The notes beneath the pieces were generated by a model that searched no databases, was not told the DNA's origin, and saw only the letters and a program-made list of their open reading frames with translations. Below, piece by piece: positions 1 to 11,903 of a DNA stretch of 64,000 bases. Within the stretch, counting starts at the first letter, position 1. Every line of letters begins with the position of its first letter. The DNA comes from Planctomycetota bacterium (GTDB taxonomy: Bacteria > Planctomycetota > UBA1135 > GCA-002686595). The position numbers and the translations under genes are program-made. The stretch is from NCBI GenBank assembly GCA_026647215.1, contig JAPKHC010000005.1, positions 64,316 to 128,315 on the forward strand, written 5' to 3'.

Positions 1-26
1 GCGCTCCCACGGCGGCCGAGCTCCTC

Positions 27-1142
27 TCAGACTCCATGGCAGGGCGCCGCCTCGCCGTGGACCTTCCACAGCACCGCTTCGGTCAGCTCGTCACCCCACG
101 GCATGCCTTGCGCCTGCAGCTGGCGAAGCAGCAGGAAGTCCGGCTCGCGGCACTCCTTGCCGCCTTCGTTGAACGCGCGGAAGCCCGCGCGGCCCTCGGT
201 CATCATGTTGAGCCCGAGCCACGCGCGGTTGGTCTCGCGGTTGCGGTCCCAGTGCTCGAGCTTGTGCTTGCGCAGGCTCTCGATCGTCTTCGAGAGGCAG
301 TGCGGCATCGTGAGCGCGAGCGACGTGACGAGCCGATCAACCTCCGCGTCGAGCAGCGAAAGGTCGAGCTTGCCGCGCGCGACGACCTCCTTGCCGGCCG
401 CGGCCGCCGCTCCCGTCTTGAAGTCGCCGTACACGATGCGCCCCATGTCGTCGATCCAGCGCTCGGTGACGACCAATGGATTGGGCACGAACTTGCCGTC
501 GACCACGAGCGCCGGCACGACCGACGTGAGCAGCCCCAGGCGCATCGCCATCGACGCGCTCCACGGCTCGCACAGCGTGCAGCTCTGCATCGCGCGCTCG
601 ATGCCGACGAACAGCGGCAGGAAGTCCGTGCTGCCTCCGTCGGGCGCCGAGCCGTGTTTCGGTCCGGCCTGCCCGAAGCGCGCGAAGTCCTGCGCGACCG
701 AGAAGTCGCAGGCCATGCCGATCTCCTGCCCGCCGCCGATGCGCATGCCGTTGACGCGGTTGATCACCGGCTTGTCGCAGTGCAGGATCGCCGTGACCAT
801 GTCGTTGAAGAGCCGCATGTACTGGCGGTACTCCTCCGGCTTGCCCGCGTAGTACTCCGCGTATTCCTTGGTGTTTCCGCCTGTGCAGAAGGCCTTGTCG
901 CCGCTGCCGGTGAAGACCACCGCGACGCAGGCGCGATCGTTTGACGCCTCGCGCATCGCGAGGATCACGCCCTTCACCATCTCGGTGGTGTAGGAGTTGA
1001 ATTGCGTCGGGTTGTCGAGCCGGATGCGGTGCGCGCACAGGCCATCGACGGCCTTGCCAGCGGAATCGCGCACGGCGAGCTTCTCGACGACGAGGCCGGG
1101 GACGAGCTGGTGCGCAACGAGGTCGTGGTTCTTGAAAGTCAT
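27..1142 (-). CDS. bamA: 6-oxocyclohex-1-ene-1-carbonyl-CoA hydrolase (ring-opening crotonase of the anaerobic benzoyl-CoA pathway, BamA/Oah type)
   Basis: Internal ATG (1140-1142) of track ORF 27..2285, giving 371 aa starting MTFKNHDLV. Long stretches match my recollection of Geobacter/Thauera BamA/Oah: NSYTTEMVKGVILAMREAS, FTGSGDKAFCTGGNTKEYAEYYAG, EYRQYMRLFNDMV, RVNGMRIGGGQEIGMACDF, FGQAGPKHGSAPDGGSTDFLPL, NMMTEGRAGFRAFNEG. The upstream part of the track ORF is out-of-frame read-through across had. Confidence 0.85.
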   Translation of the reverse strand: MTFKNHDLVAHQLVPGLVVEKLAVRDSAGKAVDGLCAHRIRLDNPTQFNSYTTEMVKGVILAMREASNDRACVAVVFTGSGDKAFCTGGNTKEYAEYYAGKPEEYRQYMRLFNDMVTAILHCDKPVINRVNGMRIGGGQEIGMACDFSVAQDFARFGQAGPKHGSAPDGGSTDFLPLFVGIERAMQSCTLCEPWSASMAMRLGLLTSVVPALVVDGKFVPNPLVVTERWIDDMGRIVYGDFKTGAAAAAGKEVVARGKLDLSLLDAEVDRLVTSLALTMPHCLSKTIESLRKHKLEHWDRNRETNRAWLGLNMMTEGRAGFRAFNEGGKECREPDFLLLRQLQAQGMPWGDELTEAVLWKVHGEAAPCHGV

Positions 1143-1147
1143 CGGAG

Positions 1148-2224
1148 TCAGGCCTGCGGAACGAGGACGATGCGCTTCGACGCCTTGTGCGCATGCACGT
1201 CGGCGAAGCTCTGGTTGATCGAGGAGAGCGGGCGCTTCTCGGTGAAAGGCAGCAGCGCGACCTTGGCCGACAGCACGAGCTCGAGCGCCGCCGGATACAG
1301 CTCCGGCAGACAGCCCCAGTTGCCACGCGCCGTCGCGTCGAAGGCCATCAGGTTCGAGAGGCGCAGCTCGAGCTTCTTCGAGGTGAAGCCGACCACCCAC
1401 AGGTGGCTGCCGTGCTCGACCAGCGAGAACGCGGTGTTCTGGCCCGCGGTCGTTCCCGAGCACTCGAACAGGTTCCAGCGATAGCTCGGGATGCCGCGTT
1501 CCTTCGCGAGTCCGCGCACCGCGTTGCGGATCGCCTTGAAGTCGAGCTCGTCCGCGCGCAGCGTCAGCGCCGCGCCGTGCTCTCCGGCGAGCGCGAGCTT
1601 GCCCGCATCGATGTCGATCGCCACGACCGTCGCCCCGCGCGCCGCGGCGATCTGCACCGCGTAGCCGCCGACGCCACCGGCTCCTACGACGACCGCGAGG
1701 TCGCTGGACCCAAGCTTCGCACGCTCGATCGCCTGGTACGGCGTCGTCACCGCATCGGCGAGCACCGCCAGCGACGCGAGGTCGATTCCAGCGGGATTCA
1801 GGCGCGGATTCGCGAGATCGGGCACCGGGCACAGGCCGAGCGCGGGCACGCGCACATGCGTCGCGAAGCCGCCGTGCACGTCGTTGCCCGGGAAGATCTG
1901 CTTGGGGCAGATCGAGCCGTGCCCGCTCGCACACGCGTCGCAGCTCCCGCACGGCATCACCGCCGGCACGACCACCGCGCGACCCTCCCACTCCTCCGCG
2001 CCGGGCCCACACTCGACCACGACGCCGCTGATCTCGTGCCCGAGCGTCAGCGGCAGCGCCTTGCGCGTCGGCACGCCGTCGTAGCAGTAGCCCAGATCCG
2101 TGTGGCAGATCCCGCAGCCCGCGACCTTGACGATCACCTCCCCGCGCCCCGGGATTTCGGTGCGTTGCTCCTCGACCATGGGCTCGCCTTGAGCCCGGAA
2201 CGTCCACGCGCGAAGCACGGCCAT
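1148..2224 (-). CDS. had: Zn-dependent MDR alcohol dehydrogenase, likely 6-hydroxycyclohex-1-ene-1-carbonyl-CoA dehydrogenase (Had)
   Basis: 358-aa ORF with Zn-ADH motifs GCGICHTDL, GHEISG and CGSCDAC, and Rossmann motif VVGAGGVGG. Its stop is 5 nt upstream of the bamA start, which is the had-oah arrangement known from Thauera and Geobacter. Confidence 0.7.
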   Translation of the reverse strand: MAVLRAWTFRAQGEPMVEEQRTEIPGRGEVIVKVAGCGICHTDLGYCYDGVPTRKALPLTLGHEISGVVVECGPGAEEWEGRAVVVPAVMPCGSCDACASGHGSICPKQIFPGNDVHGGFATHVRVPALGLCPVPDLANPRLNPAGIDLASLAVLADAVTTPYQAIERAKLGSSDLAVVVGAGGVGGYAVQIAAARGATVVAIDIDAGKLALAGEHGAALTLRADELDFKAIRNAVRGLAKERGIPSYRWNLFECSGTTAGQNTAFSLVEHGSHLWVVGFTSKKLELRLSNLMAFDATARGNWGCLPELYPAALELVLSAKVALLPFTEKRPLSSINQSFADVHAHKASKRIVLVPQA

Positions 2225-2372
2225 CGGTCACCTCAACGGGGGGATTTCGGAATTCCGGCTCCGAATTGACGTTGAAGCGCCGCAAACCGAAATACGCAGG
2301 CCTGCGTGGGCCCGGAGGGCCGTTGGGAGTACGCCGAGCTACTCCGCGCGGCCTATTTGGCCCATGCCGCGC

Positions 2373-3839
2373 TCAGGGCCCGCGACGCCGGACCTCGAGG
2401 ATCGCCCCGTCGACGAACCCGTGCACGGGCTCGATCGACAGGCGCTTGCGACGTCGGACCTCTTCGAGGTTCATCATCCCCATCGGATCGAACCAGACGA
2501 GCGTGAGCGGAAATCGCGCCGACGGCAGTGCGAGCAGCGTCTCCGAGACCCGGCGCGTCGGGACGAGGCGCGCTGGCCGCCACGTCGCGAGCGCGTAGGC
2601 CTCCGGCGCGTTCGAATGCACTTCGCCTTCGAGCGGATGTTCGCGGAGCCAGTGCACGAGCTCGCTCTCCTGCGGCTTCGTGTGCGGTTCCGCGGCCTGC
2701 ACCAGCCGCATCCGCTCGCGAACGCCGAGGACTCCGCTCGCGAGGAACAGCACGGCTCCGACGCTCGCCGCAGCGACGAGGCAAGGACGAAGTCGCGGGA
2801 GCCGCATGCGGGCCAGCTCGAGCAGCGCATGGGCCCCCACGGGCGCGAGCAGGCAACTGAAGACGATCAACGGCGAGAGCAGCCGCGCATCGAGCGGATC
2901 GAGCCAGATCCAGCTCGCCACGCCGACGAGGAACACGAGGTAGACGGCGGGAAACGCGAGGGCCCACACGCCGCGGCGACGCAGCGACGGCGTCGCGAGC
3001 AGCGTGAGCCCTCCCGCCAGCGCGAGCAGGATCGTCGCGGCGGCGAGCAACGCCCCACTCCGGCTCACTTCGGCCGACCCGGTCCACGCGGAGCCGAGCG
3101 CGCTCCAGCTCTCGAGCAGACTGGCTTCGAGCTCTGTCTCGGAAGGAGGCCGAGGACCCGTCAGCGAGCCCGTGCGAAGGACGTTGCGCACGAGCCACGC
3201 AGACAGCGGTGCGAGGGAACCGACGAGCAGTATGGCCAGATCGCGCAGGCGCGTGCTCCTCGGCCACGACCACCAGCCGAGCGCGGCGAGCACGGCCACG
3301 TCGACGACACCGACGTACCGCTGCATACAGGCAAGTCCAGCGAGCGCCGTGGTCAGCGCGAGCATCGACCCGCGCGGGCGCTCCGCGTACGCCTGCGCAC
3401 TGACGAGACTGCCGAGCACGAGCGCGAGAAACAGCGGTTCGCTCGCCAGCGTGCCGTGGAGGGCGAGCAGGCTGGGCTGCAACAGGAGTGCGGCGCCAAC
3501 CAGCCAACCCACCCAGCTCGTGGGCGCGAGTTTCCGGCTCCAGGACACCGCGAGCATCACGGTCGCCGCGAGCGAGACCGCGTGGAGCACTCGTGCGGTC
3601 ATTTCGTAGCTCGCGCCCAGCGCTCGCCCCGCTGCGAGCAGGAACACGAACAGCGGCGGCCAGTGCGCAAACAGCTCGCCGCGAGTGGTCTGCCACACCT
3701 CGCCGCGCAGCAGGCACTCCGCGGCCACGGCGTTGTGCATTCCCAGGTGCACCATGGCGAGCCCGGAAACGGAATTGGCCCACAGGACGAGGGCAGCGCC
3801 CGCCATCCCGAGGGCGATGAGCGGGGAGTCGACGCGCAT
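2373..3839 (-). CDS. polytopic membrane protein, GT-C fold glycosyltransferase-like (ArnT/PMT family 39/83-like)
   Basis: C-terminal 488 aa of track ORF 2373..5495, starting at ATG 3837-3839 (MRVDSPLIALGMAGAALVLW). About 11 hydrophobic helices, an early loop with E..L....W......HWPPLF resembling the GT-C first loop, and a soluble C-terminal tail. The upstream ORF part is antisense to the YfhO gene. Confidence 0.55.
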   Translation of the reverse strand: MRVDSPLIALGMAGAALVLWANSVSGLAMVHLGMHNAVAAECLLRGEVWQTTRGELFAHWPPLFVFLLAAGRALGASYEMTARVLHAVSLAATVMLAVSWSRKLAPTSWVGWLVGAALLLQPSLLALHGTLASEPLFLALVLGSLVSAQAYAERPRGSMLALTTALAGLACMQRYVGVVDVAVLAALGWWSWPRSTRLRDLAILLVGSLAPLSAWLVRNVLRTGSLTGPRPPSETELEASLLESWSALGSAWTGSAEVSRSGALLAAATILLALAGGLTLLATPSLRRRGVWALAFPAVYLVFLVGVASWIWLDPLDARLLSPLIVFSCLLAPVGAHALLELARMRLPRLRPCLVAAASVGAVLFLASGVLGVRERMRLVQAAEPHTKPQESELVHWLREHPLEGEVHSNAPEAYALATWRPARLVPTRRVSETLLALPSARFPLTLVWFDPMGMMNLEEVRRRKRLSIEPVHGFVDGAILEVRRRGP

Positions 3840-3989
3840 CGCGGCCCACGATCCTACGGGAGCTGCGCGAATTCGGAAACCGCCGCGCGAGCCGGCCGCA
3901 ATCCACAATCGGGAAACCGCACTCCAGCGCGCTCGCCGCACGGACTTCGCTGGATGGCTAGCATGCGCCGTCGCTGGATCTGATTCGAC

Positions 3990-6974
3990 GTGACACGCGC
4001 CACTCCCGATTTCCAACCTTCGATTCCTCCGCTCGAGCCTCGCCGGGAGCTCCTTTGGGCGGCCGCGGTGGCGCTGGTGTGCGTGCTGTGCGTCTTGTGG
4101 CGGCCGATCCTGCTCTTCCCGACCCACACGTTCGGTCCGTGGGACTGGCTGGCGCAGTCGTCGACGTTGACGGCGCTGGAGCCGCCCGCGGAGGTGCGCA
4201 CGCACGCGATGGAAGATCCGGTGCGGCAGATGGTGCCTTGGGCCGAGTTTGCCGCGGCCGAGCTCCGCCGGGGCGAACTCCCACTGTGGCTCGACTCCAA
4301 CGGTTGCGGAATGCCGCTGGTCGCGAACTTCCAGTCCGCGCTGCTCTCGCCCTTCACGCTGCCCCACTACTTCCTTCCGCTCGCCCTCGCCGTGCTGCTC
4401 TCGGCTGCGGCGAAACTCGCGACCGCTGCGGGCTCGATGTTCCTGTTCCTGCGGCTCTTGGGCCGTTCTCGCGGCGGCGCGGCGTTTGGTGCACTCGGAT
4501 TCGCGCTGAGCGGCTTCCACTGGCTGTGCCTGCTGCATCCGCACGTCGGGGTTCAAGCGCTCGTCCCGCTGGCGCTCGCGACCGTGGAGCTCGTGTTTCG
4601 TGCTGCGGAGCGCGAGCCCCGCCGTACTCCGTGGGCGCGCCTCGCCCTCGTTGCGTTCGCCCTCGGTGCCATGGCGCTCGCCGGCCATCCGGAGAGTCTC
4701 CTCTTCTCGGGCCTGCTGGTCGGCGCCTACGCGCTCCTCCGCTGGACGCAAATGGCGCTGGAGCAGCGTCGTCGGGACGTCGGAATCGTTCCAGCCCTCC
4801 GACTCGCGGGCCTGCTCGCGACGTTTGCGCTCCTCGGCATCGGTCTCGCGGGCCTGCAGCTCCTCCCGTTCGCCGAGTACCTGTTGCACAGCGCGGCACT
4901 GGTTTCCGGCGAGCGCGACGTCGAGCGCCTGCAACCGTTCCAGCTCGTGCTGCAGCTCTTCCCCAACGTCGCGACGACTCCGCGGGACACACCTTGGATC
5001 CCGCTCGCGTTGCGGCCGCGCTACCCGGAGGTGAACGCCTTCCACGTAAGCGGCCTGCACGCGCTGCTCGCGATCTGCGCCGTGCTTTTCCCGCGCCCGC
5101 AGTCGCGCAACTGGATCTTTCTCTCGCTCGCTGCAGTCGTGTTCCTGTTCGCGTTCGACCTGCCGCTGGTGAGCGAGGCGCTGTCGCGTGTTCCCGGCGC
5201 GACGTTGGTTCCGGCACCCCGCGCTTGCGTCGTGTGGAGCGTCGCCGCCGCGGTCCTCGCCTCCTCCACGGTCGAGCACCTGTTCTCGCTGAAGGTCGGG
5301 CGCCTGCGCTCCGTCGTGTTCGTGCTTGCGGCGGCTGGTCTTGTCGGCGTCGCGCTCGCGCAGGTGCCGGGAATCTGGAGCGAGCTCGCGGCCCGCGCCC
5401 CTACCGAGTTCGACGCGCTCGCGCCCGCGCTCGACACGCATGTCCAGTTCGCGACCTGGGCCATCGCTCTCGGACTGCTCTCGATCGTGGTGCACACAGG
5501 CTGGCCGCGCCGCGCGACGCGCACGCTCGGCCTGTTCGTCGTGAGCGCGCTCTCAGCGGCAAGTTCGATCCAGTCGTTCCACGACTACGTTCCGACGTCG
5601 GAAGATCGCTGCGTCGTGCCGCGCACTCCGGCTGTGGACGGGTTCACGAGAACCGTCGGCGACTCGCGGGCCACCCTGCTGTCGCCGCAGGGCTTGCGCG
5701 CGAATGCCAACCTTTTCTACGGCGTCGAGCTCGTGCAGTCCTACGACGCGCTGGAGGTCGCGCGGCTCGACGAACTGCGCACGGAGCTGTTCGGCGTCGG
5801 CTCCTACCGCGCGGTCAGCTCGTTCACGACTGTGCGGGGGCTCGAGCTGCTCGGCGTCGAGTTCGTCGGAGCCCGCGCCGAGTGGCTTCCCGTCGACACC
5901 GAGCGGTGCCGACTCGGCGCCGCACTCGGCCAACGCTCCTGGATGGCGGCCGCGGAAGTTGGCATCGCGAACTTGCAGTCCGCGGCGGAGCTCACGCCCG
6001 AGCAGGCGAGCGCCACGCAACGATTCGTCCCGTCGTTCGAGCGCCTGTGCGCGCTCGTCGTGCATCTCGAGGACACGCCACACTGCGACGATGTGCTGCT
6101 CCAGCTGACGTTGCGGCTGGAAGGTGAGGAGCTTCCGCTCGCGACACGTTCGGTTCGATTCGGTGAGCTTCGCCGCGTGTTCGGCACGCGACGCGAGCTC
6201 GTGCTGCGGTTCCCCGAGCAGGCGAGCTCGGCTCGACGCGCGCATGAGCTCGAGATCGAGGCTACGGGCCTCGCGACGGGCGAACGCCTGAGGCTGCTCG
6301 CAGGCCGCGGCGGTCGCGAGCCGAGCGAAGCGGAGTCCCGGGCCGAGGACAACGCCACGACGACACCCCCGAACCCGCGTCGGAAGGCCCGTGAAGCGCG
6401 CGCGGTCCCCGGGCGCGGACTGGGTTCCGGTTTCGTGCTCGATCTCGCCTACGGCGCGGACGGGTTCGAGATCGCCGGCGAGCATGCCGACTTCGTCGTG
6501 CATCGCTTTCGCGCTTCGATGGGCCGCGCGTGGCTCGTCGGTTCCAGCGAGGTCGAGCCCGAACGTTCCCTCGAGCGAGTGCTCTCCGAAGAGTTCGATC
6601 CGCGCACCACGGTGCTGCTCGAACGGGGCACTCCCCGCGCGGCGGAGCTCGCGGCTAGCGCTCGACTGAGCACGCTCGAGCGCGCGCCGCGTCGGCACGT
6701 CTGGACCTATTCGTCCCAGACTCCGGCCTTCCTTGTCGCCGCGCTGACGCACTTCCCCGGCTGGCGCGCGACCGTCGATGGCCGTCCGGTCGCGCTGCTC
6801 CGCGCCAACCACGCCTTCTGCGCCGTCGACCTGCCGGCTGGCGAAGGCACCGTCGTGCTGGAGTACGAGCCGCAGAGCTTCCGGACCGGTGTGGCTCTCA
6901 CGCTCGCGAGCCTGCTCGCGCTCGCGCTTGCGTTGCGGCTCGACCGACGGCGCGAGCTCCCTCGCGCGAAATGA
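3990..6974 (+). CDS. YfhO-family large membrane protein (putative glycosyl/lipid-linked sugar transferase)
   Basis: 994-aa ORF with GTG start. The N-terminal half has many TM helices, followed by a large extracytoplasmic domain and one terminal TM (TGVALTLASLLALALALRL). The C-terminal pattern FPGWRATVDGRPVALLRANHAFCAVDLPAGEGTVVLEYEP is typical of YfhO. Confidence 0.65.
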   Translation: MTRATPDFQPSIPPLEPRRELLWAAAVALVCVLCVLWRPILLFPTHTFGPWDWLAQSSTLTALEPPAEVRTHAMEDPVRQMVPWAEFAAAELRRGELPLWLDSNGCGMPLVANFQSALLSPFTLPHYFLPLALAVLLSAAAKLATAAGSMFLFLRLLGRSRGGAAFGALGFALSGFHWLCLLHPHVGVQALVPLALATVELVFRAAEREPRRTPWARLALVAFALGAMALAGHPESLLFSGLLVGAYALLRWTQMALEQRRRDVGIVPALRLAGLLATFALLGIGLAGLQLLPFAEYLLHSAALVSGERDVERLQPFQLVLQLFPNVATTPRDTPWIPLALRPRYPEVNAFHVSGLHALLAICAVLFPRPQSRNWIFLSLAAVVFLFAFDLPLVSEALSRVPGATLVPAPRACVVWSVAAAVLASSTVEHLFSLKVGRLRSVVFVLAAAGLVGVALAQVPGIWSELAARAPTEFDALAPALDTHVQFATWAIALGLLSIVVHTGWPRRATRTLGLFVVSALSAASSIQSFHDYVPTSEDRCVVPRTPAVDGFTRTVGDSRATLLSPQGLRANANLFYGVELVQSYDALEVARLDELRTELFGVGSYRAVSSFTTVRGLELLGVEFVGARAEWLPVDTERCRLGAALGQRSWMAAAEVGIANLQSAAELTPEQASATQRFVPSFERLCALVVHLEDTPHCDDVLLQLTLRLEGEELPLATRSVRFGELRRVFGTRRELVLRFPEQASSARRAHELEIEATGLATGERLRLLAGRGGREPSEAESRAEDNATTTPPNPRRKAREARAVPGRGLGSGFVLDLAYGADGFEIAGEHADFVVHRFRASMGRAWLVGSSEVEPERSLERVLSEEFDPRTTVLLERGTPRAAELAASARLSTLERAPRRHVWTYSSQTPAFLVAALTHFPGWRATVDGRPVALLRANHAFCAVDLPAGEGTVVLEYEPQSFRTGVALTLASLLALALALRLDRRRELPRAK

Positions 6975-7146
6975 ACCTTCCCCCCCGTCTCCGGACGAGT
7001 CCGATTCCCACGCGTCCGGCGACCGCAGCGACGGCGGCCTGAGCCGCGGCATGCCATCGCAGCGCCCGGCACGAGAGTCGCTTCGCGCGGTCTGCACAGG
7101 CTCGGCCCCACCCCGATCTCCGTCCGCGCGACTAGACTCAGGAGCC

Positions 7147-8907
7147 ATGTCGCCGCTTCGAACTCTGCTCACCGTGCTGTCGCTCGCGACGCCTTGCCTC
7201 GCGCAGTTCGGGCTCGATTGGTCCCGGCTCTACGAGAACGAGGGAACGTTCGACGAGGAAGGCCGTTTCAGCGCCGTTGCGGTCGCTCCCGACGGACGCG
7301 TCTACGCCGCCGCCGTCTCGATGCCCTTCTCCCGCCCTCGGTTCCTGCGCTACGGACTCAATGGTCAGGTGCTCTGGTCGCGCCTGTACGGTCCGACGAC
7401 TTGCACTTACTCGCAAGTTCTCGTCGGCGTCGCGGGCGAGGCTTTGTTCGTCGGTGAGCGCAGCCTGAACACGAGCGCGCACACGCTCGAGGTCTCGAGC
7501 GTCTCGCCCGCGGGCTCGCTCCAGTGGAATCGCTCGTTCGCGATCGTCGCCAACGCCCAGGAACGAGCCGTCGCGGCTCTCGACGCCACGGGCAATCTCC
7601 TGCTCGCGAGCAACTCGAGCGTGGCCACGCATTCGCGCTTCGCCGCCGTGTCGCCGAATGGAACGCTGCTCTTCGATCACCTGCTCGATCTCGCCCCCCA
7701 GGCGAGCGAGAGCGTGAGTGCGCTCGAACTCGCCACGGACGGCGGCGCGTTTCTGGCGGGAAATGCTGGCTCGAACGGCTTCGTCGCGCGCGTCGACACG
7801 GCCGGTCAGGTGCTCTGGTCGCACACGTTGGGTGGGGGCTTCTTCGGCAGCGTCTCGGTGCGGGCCTTGGAGCTGACGAGCGACGGAACGCTGGTCTCGC
7901 TGGAGCAGGAACTCGCGACAACGGGCGGGGCTCGCCTGCGCTGGCGGCGCATCGATGCCAACGGAGCCCCGCTCGGATCGACGGAGCTCGACCTTGCGAG
8001 CGCGCTCACGCTGCGAGGCTTCGAACGCGCGAGCGACGGCAGCCTGTGGAGCGTCGGCGAGCTCGGCACCGCACCTCCTGGGCTGTTCGTTGCTCGCTTC
8101 GATCCGGTGCGCGAGCTCGCGCGCTCGTTCACGTGGTCGACGCCCCTCGATTCCGCCTCGATCGGCCGCCCGACGCTGGTTCCGGCGACGGCGGGTCAGG
8201 TGTGGGTCACGGGCAACGTGTGGAGCGCTCCGGCGCAAGCCAATCGCCACGGCGTGGCCCTGTTGCTCGGACCGGCTCTCGACGGCCCCGGCCCGGGTGA
8301 AGGCATCGGGCTGCGCCTGCTGTTCGGTGACAACTTCGAACTGAAGGAGATCGGCGTCGCTGCGCTCTCGGACTCCGGACGCCTCGTGGTCGCAGGTCGC
8401 AGCGAAGCGTTCACCGGGTCGTACTTCTACTTCGATCCGATCTCGTGGATCGCGCAGATTGACGCGACGGCGGCGCCGAGGCTCACTTGCACCGGCCAGA
8501 CCGATGCCGCCGGCTGCACGCCGACGCTCACCGTGTCCGGACTTCCGCTCACCGGCGCGGCGAGCGGGTTCCGCGTGAGTTGCGTGAACGTGTCACCGCA
8601 GCGCAGCGGATTGTTCTTCTACGGCACGCAAGGTCCGGCGAGCTCGCCCCTCGGCGGCGGCACGTTGTGCGTCGCGAGCCCGCTGCGCCGCGGGCCCCTG
8701 CTCGACTCCGGTCCGAGTCCGTTCGCCTGCGGCGGGAGCCTGAGCCTCGACTGGGCAGCCTACGCTGCCGGGATGCTCGGCGGAGCCCCGCTCGCCGGCC
8801 TTTCCCAACCCGGGACCGTCGTGCACCTCCAAGGCTGGCTCCGCGACCCCTCCAGCCCCGCCGGGTCCTTGCTGAGCGCCGCACTGCGCTACGTCGTGCT
8901 TCCCTAA
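7147..8907 (+). CDS. secreted beta-propeller-like repeat protein carrying the shared C-terminal module
   Basis: Internal ATG of ORF 6778..8907 with AGGAG 5 nt upstream. Signal peptide MSPLRTLLTVLSLATPCLAQ. Repeated DG..Y/L..G....F..R....G..LW units. C-terminal 139 aa belong to the recurrent module. Confidence 0.6.
   Translation: MSPLRTLLTVLSLATPCLAQFGLDWSRLYENEGTFDEEGRFSAVAVAPDGRVYAAAVSMPFSRPRFLRYGLNGQVLWSRLYGPTTCTYSQVLVGVAGEALFVGERSLNTSAHTLEVSSVSPAGSLQWNRSFAIVANAQERAVAALDATGNLLLASNSSVATHSRFAAVSPNGTLLFDHLLDLAPQASESVSALELATDGGAFLAGNAGSNGFVARVDTAGQVLWSHTLGGGFFGSVSVRALELTSDGTLVSLEQELATTGGARLRWRRIDANGAPLGSTELDLASALTLRGFERASDGSLWSVGELGTAPPGLFVARFDPVRELARSFTWSTPLDSASIGRPTLVPATAGQVWVTGNVWSAPAQANRHGVALLLGPALDGPGPGEGIGLRLLFGDNFELKEIGVAALSDSGRLVVAGRSEAFTGSYFYFDPISWIAQIDATAAPRLTCTGQTDAAGCTPTLTVSGLPLTGAASGFRVSCVNVSPQRSGLFFYGTQGPASSPLGGGTLCVASPLRRGPLLDSGPSPFACGGSLSLDWAAYAAGMLGGAPLAGLSQPGTVVHLQGWLRDPSSPAGSLLSAALRYVVLP
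8488..8907 (+). other. shared C-terminal module, copy 1 of 4
   Basis: CTGQTDAAGC...QRSGLFFYG...GGTLCVASPLRR...ACGGSLSLDWAAY...HLQGWLRDP...LSAALRYVVLP-stop. Confidence 0.6.
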
Positions 8908-8966
8908 GCCATTACATGTCAATGACTTGGGAGCATGAGCCACTCCCAGCTGGGCCTCGCCCACTT

Positions 8967-11799
<2,833 letters not shown>

Positions 11800-11820
11800 T
11801 CCCAGCGCCCTTTCTCACGC

Positions 11821-11852
11821 GGGCCATCCGGAAGCACGCTTCCGGGTGGCCC
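11821..11852. terminator. GC-rich hairpin between convergent katG and a lipoprotein gene
   Basis: GGGCCATCCGGAAGC-AC-GCTTCCGGGTGGCCC, about 14 bp with one G-U pair. It is followed on the + strand by GCTCGGTTTCT. Confidence 0.6.
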
Positions 11853-11903
11853 GCTCGGTTTCTGCAGGCCCCGCCGCTCGAAGCCCCCTCCGGACGGACA
11901 GTG

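Noticed and set aside
27-2285. 752-aa ORF suggesting a large fusion protein
   Set aside because: Only the C-terminal 371 aa (BamA) are meaningful. The N-terminal 380 aa are an out-of-frame read-through over the had gene, which is coded in a different minus-strand frame (1148..2224).
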